From positions 224,001-288,000 of the forward strand of contig JBILLK010000001.1 in the NCBI GenBank assembly GCA_044376115.1: a stretch of 64,000 nt of DNA. Reading direction: 5' to 3'. Made by a program: the position numbers and the translations under genes. Every line of letters starts with the position of its first letter. The stretch's first letter is position 1. Positions 56,448 through 64,000 of this stretch are shown here, piece after piece. Source of the DNA: Polyangiaceae bacterium. GTDB taxonomy: Bacteria; Myxococcota_A; Polyangia; Polyangiales; Polyangiaceae. The notes beneath the pieces were generated by a model. The model was given only the letters and a program-made list of their open reading frames with translations, did no database searches and was not told where the DNA came from.

Positions 56448-58910
56448 TCACGAGATCCGCAGCAACTCAAGCAACGTTGGCAGCACCGAGAAGAGTTCGA
56501 CCGTGCCCATGCGCGTGGCTGAGAGCACCACCGCACCCTCGCTGCCAGCAACCAAATCTCCGGAGAGCGCACCGCCCTCGAGCGCGAGTTGCGGCAAGAC
56601 GAAGTCTCCAGCGCCAAACTCGCTACCATCGGCGAGAACGAGGGTGCCTGAACCAACGACGGTGAGGCCAGGCAGCTCAGCGCCAGCCGCGACGAACACC
56701 GAACCCGCCTCGATCGATCGCGCAGACATCCGCTCGAGCGCCGCAAAACGACTGCTCTCATCGAGATCTCCCAGCGGCCCCATGGTTGAACCTGCGAGGG
56801 CGGACAGCCGGTCGGAGTGCCGCACGAGCTCGTCGCGCACCCACGAGGCGTTGACCAACGCTGCGTCCAACGCTGCGCGGTCCCAGGTCGCGAGCTTTGA
56901 GGCGCCGGTCGCCACCACTCGAATCCTGGTCGCGTCCGAACGACTCACGAGCGCGGGCGCCAGAGCACCGACTTGCACGTGCTGAGCAGCCGCGTCGGAG
57001 ACGGTGGCGCAAACGACAGCCGAACCATTGAGCAGCAAGATGGCACCGGTCGAAGCGACCTCCTCCTCTGCGCCAAGCTCGACGATTCGGGCTTTCTCCA
57101 ACAACACGCCAAAAGCTGCGGGCGTGAGATCGGTAAGGCCTTCCACCGTCTCGAGCGCGACGCCGTGCAGCTGAAATGAAGCCGGTGGAGAGCTAGCGCG
57201 CGGCGGGGCGGGCGGCGGGGTGGAGGGCGCCACCACTGGCGTTGGAGCAGCTGGCGCTGGCGCTGGAGCGGCAGGCGAAGGCTGCGGGGGTGGAGCTGGC
57301 GCTGGTGGAGTCACCGACTCAATTGGCGCGCTTGGTGGACGCGAACGCGGGCGAACCAAAGGCTCTGAAGCGCCTGCAGATGGGGGGAAAGAGGGGGCTG
57401 GTTCACTCAAGCGTCGCGAAACAGCGGCTAGCGTTGCCACCTCGGGAGCCACCGGCGTTGCATCGATCACCGCCGACACCGACTTCGGCTCCTCGGCGGG
57501 CGGGGCCACACTCGGCCGTGCAGGAAGGGGTAGTCGCGGCTGAACAGTTGGCCGCCGCTGTGCAGCCGGAAGAGTAGCAGGCGGCGGCTCACTGCGATCT
57601 TCGCCAGGCGCGCGCACAGCGAATGGAGCCGGTGGCGGGACGCTCTTGCGCTCACCTTGGCTCGGCGGCCCAATCGAAGCGGAGCGGGGCTGGATGGTTG
57701 GCCGGCGCGGAGGTGGCGGCCGCGCGACGGTTTGTTCTGCGGCACCAACCGACTTGTTGTCGGCCGGGACCTCCAGCTTTGGCTCAGCAGCCCTCGGCTC
57801 CGCGGGCTTCGGCTCCGCGTGTTGTGACGCGGGTGCAGGTTCCGCTCGTGACGCGGGTGCAGGTTCCGCTGCTCGTGACGCGGGTGCAGGTTCCGCTCGT
57901 GACGCGGGCGCAGGTTCCGCTCGTGACGCGGGTGCAGGTTCCGCTCGTGACGCGGCCTCGAGAGTGGCCTCGGTTGCCCGCTTGCTCTCAGGGCTTTCGG
58001 GGATAGCGGCCAGGATCGTCCCGGGGAAGGTGCCCGAGCGCTTTGGCGGAGGCGGAGGCGGTTTGCGCTTGAGCGTGACCTCGAGCGGTGGTGCCGAAGT
58101 GAGCACGTCGGCGTCGTCAGGGCCGGTCAAATCGCTGCGGTTGTGCACCGTTCGCGGAGGCGGATCACTCGGGGGAAGGTCATCGGACCAAGGGTCGAGA
58201 ATCGGTGCGCGTGGACGCTTCTTCGCCACCACCCGTTCAATGCGTGCGGCCCGCTCTGCGTCCGCTTGGCTTGGCGCCTGGGTGACCACCGCCGGTGCAG
58301 CATGGCCGCCTGAGCGCAACAACGACTCGTTAACAGTGGGCTTGCGAGATGACTCACGCGCGTCGTCCGCGAGTGCGCCCAATCTCGAGACAGCGGCGGG
58401 AAGCGTTTGGGCTTGCGGCCGTGAAGCCTCCGCGCGCGACGCATCATGGCTTTCCGGCGGGCTGCTCGGCCTCCGTGTCGATGGGAAGGTCTGCATCGGT
58501 CTCGAGGGAGGCGTCTCACCCTTGGACGAATTGAGCAGATCGACCGGTGGCATCAACCGCAGGTCGTTCGTCTCCTCCTCGATGAACTCCGGTTCGAGCT
58601 CCATCGTTGGCTGCGGCTGCCGGCGAGCTTCGGACCGCATCGCGATCTCACGTGCTGGTTCCTCGGGAGAAGCCTCAGCTCTTGGCGAGGGAATCAGCCA
58701 ATGGTCGAGGTCAGCTGCGTTCTTCTTCAGGGCTTCGGCGCGAGCCTGATTCCCTGCGGCTGAGGCCGCGTCCGCAGCACGGCGCAACCAAACGAGCGCT
58801 TCTTTGCGTTCGCCGCGGTTCCACAACGCTGTTGCGGTCTGGAGTGCCCAAGCAACGTCTTCGACGTCTTCAGGCAACGCATCTGGAAGGAGCGAGATCT
58901 CATGCCCCAT
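56448..58910 (-). CDS. Protein with N-terminal helical domain, long Pro/Ala/Ser/Arg linker and degenerate cyclic-nucleotide-binding-like C-terminal domains
   Basis: 820 aa; C-terminal pattern (GLTDL...ILLLNGSAVV...; LGDLDE...SIEAGSVFVAAG...LTVVGSG...FGAGDF) fits tandem cNMP beta-roll folds. Confidence 0.7.
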   Translation of the reverse strand: MGHEISLLPDALPEDVEDVAWALQTATALWNRGERKEALVWLRRAADAASAAGNQARAEALKKNAADLDHWLIPSPRAEASPEEPAREIAMRSEARRQPQPTMELEPEFIEEETNDLRLMPPVDLLNSSKGETPPSRPMQTFPSTRRPSSPPESHDASRAEASRPQAQTLPAAVSRLGALADDARESSRKPTVNESLLRSGGHAAPAVVTQAPSQADAERAARIERVVAKKRPRAPILDPWSDDLPPSDPPPRTVHNRSDLTGPDDADVLTSAPPLEVTLKRKPPPPPPKRSGTFPGTILAAIPESPESKRATEATLEAASRAEPAPASRAEPAPASRAEPAPASRAAEPAPASRAEPAPASQHAEPKPAEPRAAEPKLEVPADNKSVGAAEQTVARPPPPRRPTIQPRSASIGPPSQGERKSVPPPAPFAVRAPGEDRSEPPPATLPAAQRRPTVQPRLPLPARPSVAPPAEEPKSVSAVIDATPVAPEVATLAAVSRRLSEPAPSFPPSAGASEPLVRPRSRPPSAPIESVTPPAPAPPPQPSPAAPAPAPAAPTPVVAPSTPPPAPPRASSPPASFQLHGVALETVEGLTDLTPAAFGVLLEKARIVELGAEEEVASTGAILLLNGSAVVCATVSDAAAQHVQVGALAPALVSRSDATRIRVVATGASKLATWDRAALDAALVNASWVRDELVRHSDRLSALAGSTMGPLGDLDESSRFAALERMSARSIEAGSVFVAAGAELPGLTVVGSGTLVLADGSEFGAGDFVLPQLALEGGALSGDLVAGSEGAVVLSATRMGTVELFSVLPTLLELLRIS
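57824..57955. repeat. 24-bp VNTR, 5 units plus a partial, encoding (ASRAEPAP)n on the minus strand
   Basis: GTGACGCGGGTGCAGGTTCCGCTC units; one has a 3-bp insertion and one a single substitution. Confidence 0.95.
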
Positions 58911-59013
58911 ATGGAACTCGGAAGAAGCACACGTATCACACAGCCTTGAGGATGTGCGTCATTTGACGTGACCCGTGCGCAGACACCTGGAGCCCCAATT
59001 GGACGGGCAACGT

Positions 59014-59253
59014 TCAGGCGGCTGCGGACTTCTTCACCCCGGAGCACGGTGACCCGGGCTCCTCCTGAGATGCGCGCGCACGTTCAGTGACCTCAGCAAC
59101 GCCAACCGTGGAAGGGCCTTCCCCCGGCATCCGACGAGCCAAGAACCCAATGAGCGTCAACCCAGCCGCACGAGCCTCTTGGGGGAGGTCACACTCGCGG
59201 AGGAAGCAAGCAAGCTCAGCAATAAGGCGCGTGCGATCGCACTCGGAACGCAT
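59014..59253 (-). CDS. Small hypothetical protein (79 aa)
   Basis: MRSECDRTRLIAELACFLRECDLPQEARAAGLTLIGFLARRMPGE...; AT-rich promoter-like region upstream. Confidence 0.6.
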   Translation of the reverse strand: MRSECDRTRLIAELACFLRECDLPQEARAAGLTLIGFLARRMPGEGPSTVGVAEVTERARASQEEPGSPCSGVKKSAAA

Positions 59254-59406
59254 CGCCCGTAAATGAAGCAACAGACGAACAAAGTCAAAGGGGACGTTGC
59301 GATTTGTGTTGCAATTGTTGAGAAGAGCGTGCTTCCCCGTCCACGCAAGAGTCATGCCCCCGGCCTAGAGCTGCGTGTTCACTGCTCGGCGTCGCCAACA
59401 AAGACG

Positions 59407-59432
59407 ACCGCGCGCCCTTGTGAGGCGCGGTT
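59407..59432 (-). terminator. Possible terminator downstream of ftsK
   Basis: Minus strand ACCGCGCC-TCACAAG-GGCGCGCGGT hairpin with a bulge, followed by CGTCTTTGTT. Confidence 0.45.
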
Positions 59433-62209
59433 CAAATCGGATCGATCAGGACTTCGCGATCCTTCGCCCCATTGGCTGGGCCAACGAGCCCACGTCGCTC
59501 CATCGTCTCAACGAGTTTTGCGGCGCGGTTATAGCCAATCGCAAGCTTGCGCTGCAGCCACGAGGTCGAACAGCGTCGCGTCTCTGCAACGATGCGGATG
59601 GCCTGGTCGTAGAGGGCGTCGGCCTCGCCATCGTCTTCGTCGGCTGCAGAGCCTTCCTCATCACGCGGCTTGAGGATGTTCTCGTCGTAAACGGGCTTGC
59701 CCTGAAGGCGCAGGAAGTCGGTTACTTTCTGGGTTTCCTCTTCGCTGATGAACGGACACTGAACGCGTCGCACGTCGTTGGTGCCATTCATCTTGACCAA
59801 CATGTCACCGCGACCGAGCAGGTGTTCGGCGCCCTGCTCATCAAGGATGGTGCGCGAATCCACCTTCTGCGAAACGCGGAAAGCCACGCGGGTGGGGAAG
59901 TTGGCTTTGATCATGCCCGTGATCACATCGACGCTGGGCCTCTGGGTCGCCAGGATCACGTGCATGCCTGCAGCACGAGCCTTTTGAGCCAAGCGAGCCA
60001 CGCTAGCTTCTACTTCTTTGCCCTGCTGCATCATGAGGTCGGCGAATTCGTCGACCACGATCACGATGTACGGAAGCTTGGCGATGGGCTCGACATCACT
60101 GCCATCCTTCGCCTGATCGACGTCGATCGACGTACCGTCCGCTGCTTGTGCAGAGACCTTGGTCACCGGCGGCTTGGGGGCCTTCGCCTCGCCGCGCAGA
60201 ACCTTCGCAACAAAGCCGTTGTAGGTGGTGATGTTCTTGGTGCCTGCGTTGGCAAACAGCTGATAGCGCCGCTCCATTTCATCCACCGCCCAGCGCAGCG
60301 CGTTGGAGGCTTGCTTCATGTCGGTCACCACCGGAAGCAGCATGTGCGGAATGCCGTCGTACGGCGCGAGCTCGACGACCTTGGGATCGATCATCAGCAG
60401 CCGCAGTTCTTCCGGCGTTCGACGATAAAGCAGGCTAACCAGAATGACGTTGAGACCGACGCTCTTACCTGCGCCGGTGGCACCAGCGACGATCACGTGT
60501 GGCATCGAAGCGAGGTCGGCAAAGTAGGGCGCGCCGACGATGTCGCGCCCCATCACGCACGGAAGCGGCGCCGCCATCTCGATGAAGCGACGGTCTTCCA
60601 CGAGCTCTCGGAAACTCACAGGGGCGCGCTTGGGGTTGGGGACCTCGAAGCCGATGCGGTTCTTGCCGGGGATCGGCGCGATGATGCGCACCTTGCGAGA
60701 CAAGCCGAGCGCGAGATCGTCGGCCAGGCTCGCGACCTTCGAGACCTTGGTGCCAGCGGCGGGAACGACTTCGAACGTCGTCACGGTGGGGCCAGGGTGA
60801 ATCTCTTCGACCTTACCGCTCACGCCGTAGTCGGAGAGCGTCTTCTCCAAGGCAACCGCCGTGGAACGCAGTTGGTCGCCGTTGACCTCGAAGGAGCTGA
60901 GATCTTCGGCAGGGTCTAGAAAGTCGAAGGTCGGCAACCGGAAGCCATCACCAATCGCCGGCACGACTTTGATGTCGACCTTCTCGACCTCGCGCGCGGC
61001 CGAGGTATCGACGATCACGATTCCAGCTGCCGGCGAGGGCTCTACCACGGGCTTCGCTGGCGCTTCCTTCGCAGGCACTTCCTCGGCCAACTCGGGCTCC
61101 GGAGTCTCTAGCTTTTCGGGCGTCTCAAGCTTCGCTTTGGACTTTGGAGCTGCCTTCGTCGGGTCGCTCACCGGCTTCTTGGGAGCAACGACTTCCACCG
61201 GCATGATCGGCGAGGGCGTAGGCACATCTTCGAACGTGACCAACTCGCGCTTCTTGCCGCGCTTGGGAGCAGGGCTTTCGGCTACGACCGCAGGCGGGGC
61301 TGGCGCGACTTTGGCCGCAGCACGCGGGGCCGGAGCTGGAGCGGGCGGCTCATCAAAGCTGGGCCAACCGGGGGAAAGATCGTTCTTCGTGCGGGGAGCT
61401 ACTTTGCCGACGTCACGGGTCAACTGACCGTCGACGTCGCACAGCGTCGCGATGATCGCCTCTTGATCCTCTTCGACGATGGTCGGCACCGACGAGGCCT
61501 CTTTCTTGGAGCGCTCGAGTTCGGCGTGCTCGCGTGCCTCGATCCATGCCTCGTGTAGGGTGCGCAGCCCGGCGAACCCGCGATCGGCGATCAAGTTCGC
61601 AAATCGCGCGGCCGTCTTCAAAGCCTCGATGAAGGAGAAGGACGCTCGATTGATCAGGATCAGCGCGATCAACGTCACGCCGATGATGAACGAACCCACC
61701 GCGCTGAAGAGCGCTCGCATGAGCTCGCCGGCGAGCTCACCGATCGAACCGGCGATCGGCATCGCTTGGTGAATCAAGCTGCCGGCAAATGCGACGTGCA
61801 GCAGCGCAGCAGCGAGCGTTGCCACCGCAGTATCGCCCGCCACGCGAAGAGCCAGGCGTCGATGAAACGCCCCATCCGCTCGCTCGTTGCGGTCGAGCAG
61901 CGGCATCCCGATCAGGATCAGCTCGAGCGGCAACAGCCAAGCAACAGCCCCAACCGCAGTAACCAAGAGTTCGGCGATCGACGCGCCAACAGGACCGACC
62001 CAGTTCCGTCCTTCGATGTGGGGGCGCATCGGGTCGCAACGAAACGATAACAACGCCAACGTCGTGTAAAGGGCGCTCGCAAACAGCAGCACGGCAGACG
62101 CCTCGCGGGCGAACGAGTGCGCCATACTGCGTGCACTGGCAGGCGAGGTCGTTTCGGCGACCGTCGCGCCTTCACGCTTGGGTGCAGTGGCCAACCAGGG
62201 GATCTTCAA
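59432..62209 (-). CDS. ftsK: DNA translocase FtsK
   Basis: N-terminal 4-TM domain (NWVGPVGA), Pro-rich linker, GPTVT, Walker A AGATGAGKS, IDPKVVEL, VVDEFADLM, ATQRPSVDV and gamma domain LQRKLAIGYNRAA. Confidence 0.97.
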   Translation of the reverse strand: MKIPWLATAPKREGATVAETTSPASARSMAHSFAREASAVLLFASALYTTLALLSFRCDPMRPHIEGRNWVGPVGASIAELLVTAVGAVAWLLPLELILIGMPLLDRNERADGAFHRRLALRVAGDTAVATLAAALLHVAFAGSLIHQAMPIAGSIGELAGELMRALFSAVGSFIIGVTLIALILINRASFSFIEALKTAARFANLIADRGFAGLRTLHEAWIEAREHAELERSKKEASSVPTIVEEDQEAIIATLCDVDGQLTRDVGKVAPRTKNDLSPGWPSFDEPPAPAPAPRAAAKVAPAPPAVVAESPAPKRGKKRELVTFEDVPTPSPIMPVEVVAPKKPVSDPTKAAPKSKAKLETPEKLETPEPELAEEVPAKEAPAKPVVEPSPAAGIVIVDTSAAREVEKVDIKVVPAIGDGFRLPTFDFLDPAEDLSSFEVNGDQLRSTAVALEKTLSDYGVSGKVEEIHPGPTVTTFEVVPAAGTKVSKVASLADDLALGLSRKVRIIAPIPGKNRIGFEVPNPKRAPVSFRELVEDRRFIEMAAPLPCVMGRDIVGAPYFADLASMPHVIVAGATGAGKSVGLNVILVSLLYRRTPEELRLLMIDPKVVELAPYDGIPHMLLPVVTDMKQASNALRWAVDEMERRYQLFANAGTKNITTYNGFVAKVLRGEAKAPKPPVTKVSAQAADGTSIDVDQAKDGSDVEPIAKLPYIVIVVDEFADLMMQQGKEVEASVARLAQKARAAGMHVILATQRPSVDVITGMIKANFPTRVAFRVSQKVDSRTILDEQGAEHLLGRGDMLVKMNGTNDVRRVQCPFISEEETQKVTDFLRLQGKPVYDENILKPRDEEGSAADEDDGEADALYDQAIRIVAETRRCSTSWLQRKLAIGYNRAAKLVETMERRGLVGPANGAKDREVLIDPI

Positions 62210-62485
62210 TGGCGTTCAGTGGTTTTGGGTCTTCAGAGACGAAGGTTCTGCGCTGTTTCCACTAGAAGGCCAAGGCACCTGGGGCCAAGTTTGCATGAAC
62301 CTCGCTGCAAGATTGCCCTGCCGAGGGTTTCCCTTTATGTGGTGCTGGGGCTTCGAGGCTGGGAACTACTCTTGTGAGCAGTCCCCAGAGCCAACCCGTA
62401 GTCCGAGTTCCACTCAGGCAAAAAATCTTGGGCCTTTACGCACTCCACAAGTACGATGGCCGCTCCTTCGGGATGAACGACAAGA

Positions 62486-64000
62486 ATGCGAAGCCTTGGC
62501 ACTTTCGGGCGCCTCTTTAAGCGAATCAATTCACTGCAACTCGTTCTGACCCTCGCGGGTTCGAGCGCGCTGGCGGTTGCTGCTCCGGGTTGCCGAGTGG
62601 ACGAGCAAGATCTCGCCCGCTGGGAAACGACTCAGCGCGGCCCCGACAAGATCCGCGCGGTCGTAACTCACGACAAGTACGAGTTGAACCTGCGGGTGGA
62701 AGCGGCGTTGTCGCTGATCCGCATGCCTGCGCGCGGCGGGCGCTTCGTCGGTATCGACATCTTGGTCGAGTCGCTGGGCGCAACCCCCGCCGGGGATCGG
62801 GAGAAGATCGTCAACGGCCTCATCCCGGCGATCATCGTGCAGCTCAAGAAGGATCCGCCTGCGGCGCAGGCTGGGCAGCCGGCACCGCCGGATCCCTCCT
62901 TCCCTTACAAGGACGCGAGCTACGCGTTGCTCCTCGCGTCGGAGAATCCTTCGCTCGTATCGGATGAGAAGCTGCGAACCGATCTGCGGGCGGCCCTCGT
63001 TGAGTGGGCGATGAAAGATTTCGAGCGTCGTCTCGAAAACCGCAACCAAAAGTACGGCATGGAGCAGCTCCTGCGCATGCTCGGCTCAGACGGCGTAAAG
63101 CAGCTACCCGAGAAGGTGACACGAGACTCGCGCCAGCTCGACAAGATCGCGAGTCTCGTCGACGAGCTCGGCACGCCTTCAACCCGCGAGGCTGCGTCGG
63201 CGAAGTTCGTTGAAATCGCTCGCTGGATCGTCACCCCTGCCTGGATCGACGCCAAGAAGCCGGTGGTTGAGGCGGCCAACGCGAGCCTGCCCAAACCGCC
63301 AACCGCTGATGAGCTCAAGGCTCAGCTCGAGACCTACCAAGATGAAGAGTTTGCCCGTCTCTTGGGTTCACTCAAACGCGTTGGCGGCCGAGCTGCAGTG
63401 GATTTCTGTCTTGAGTACGCAGCCGACGGCAAGAACAAGAAGGAGCGGCGGATGTTCTCGTTGGCCGCGCTCGAGCTGCGGCTCGACCCGAAGAACGCTG
63501 ATGACGTCAAGCGCATCTTCAGCATCGCGACCAGTGACTCTCCACCCGAAGTGCTCGACCTCGCCTTCCGCCGTATCGGTGAGATGCCGCGCGATGCCGT
63601 GATTGAAAAGCTCTACGAAGCCTTCAAGACCGACAAGTGGAAGGTGCGCCGCTCCGCAGCATCAATCGTGCTGAAGATGGCGACCGACGCGAAGCACATC
63701 GACGAGTTTTTCAGCAAGCTCCCGCTCGACAAGGAGCCGAAGGGCTTCGCGCGCGGCGAGGCCATCAACTACGGCGCGATGATCGGAGACGTCGCCAAAC
63801 TCGAGCATCGTGCAATCGTCGACAAGTACTTGCCCGAGGCAATACCGATTGCCCAGCGCGTCAGCGCGGCGAGCTTCTACCTAGTCCACGGCAAACCGGA
63901 CGACGTGAAGAAGACGCTTGCGGCGTTGGAGCTCGACAAGGTTCCGCTGCCCGTTTGCGATGCAGCAGACGAGGAATGCAAGTGGACTTGCTACGTACCC
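62486..64000 (+). CDS. Hypothetical lipoprotein with HEAT-like helical repeats; runs off the window end
   Basis: Not in the ORF track because it has no stop in the window. ATG 62486 gives MRSLGTFGRLFKRINSLQLVLTLAGSSALAVAAPG-CRVDEQDLARWETTQRGPDKIRAVV..., a long helical open frame. Confidence 0.8.
   Translation, partial: MRSLGTFGRLFKRINSLQLVLTLAGSSALAVAAPGCRVDEQDLARWETTQRGPDKIRAVVTHDKYELNLRVEAALSLIRMPARGGRFVGIDILVESLGATPAGDREKIVNGLIPAIIVQLKKDPPAAQAGQPAPPDPSFPYKDASYALLLASENPSLVSDEKLRTDLRAALVEWAMKDFERRLENRNQKYGMEQLLRMLGSDGVKQLPEKVTRDSRQLDKIASLVDELGTPSTREAASAKFVEIARWIVTPAWIDAKKPVVEAANASLPKPPTADELKAQLETYQDEEFARLLGSLKRVGGRAAVDFCLEYAADGKNKKERRMFSLAALELRLDPKNADDVKRIFSIATSDSPPEVLDLAFRRIGEMPRDAVIEKLYEAFKTDKWKVRRSAASIVLKMATDAKHIDEFFSKLPLDKEPKGFARGEAINYGAMIGDVAKLEHRAIVDKYLPEAIPIAQRVSAASFYLVHGKPDDVKKTLAALELDKVPLPVCDAADEECKWTCYVP

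Noticed and set aside
57824..57955. CRISPR array
   Set aside because: The repeats are directly adjacent with no unique spacers, are in-frame within a CDS, and no cas genes are present.
60080..60215. Intein or other insertion in the FtsK motor domain
   Set aside because: Short low-complexity loop at a normally variable position, with no intein terminal residues.
59375..60919. Long 514-aa plus-strand ORF
   Set aside because: Antisense shadow of the ftsK motor domain.

Overview
High-GC chromosomal window, most likely from a myxobacterium (Myxococcota, Polyangia/Sorangiineae-like). This is inferred from a MYXO-CTERM-type protein, two AgmX/GltJ/GltG-type TonB-C proteins and many Cys-rich or Gly-tethered lipoproteins. 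About 50 densely packed CDSs mix housekeeping genes (gloB, lepB, bcp, murB, dusB, FadN-type dehydrogenase plus thiolase, uvrB, rtcA, rseP, ftsK) with uncharacterised envelope proteins. I found no rRNA, tRNA, CRISPR array, transposase or prophage. The strongest hidden signal is at 977-1519 (minus strand). Two ORFs that the track splits are one reading frame joined by an in-frame TGA exactly at the first redox Cys position (FYRGQW-U-TFC). A bacterial-type SECIS hairpin follows immediately, so this is a probable selenocysteine-containing, lipid-anchored peroxiredoxin-like protein. Other notable items: a Bcp peroxiredoxin with a histone H1/AlgP-like (AKKPAA)n tail, a disordered Arg/Asp-repeat protein ending in an amphipathic helix, a degenerate-HD/methyltransferase fusion, a lipase/pseudo-acyl-CoA-synthetase fusion, a pair of divergent tandem membrane paralogues, three unannotated small proteins (one prepilin-like), and lipoprotein versions of a serpin, a PNGase F-like enzyme and an Ntn acylase. 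All family assignments come from motif recognition by eye; no searches were run.
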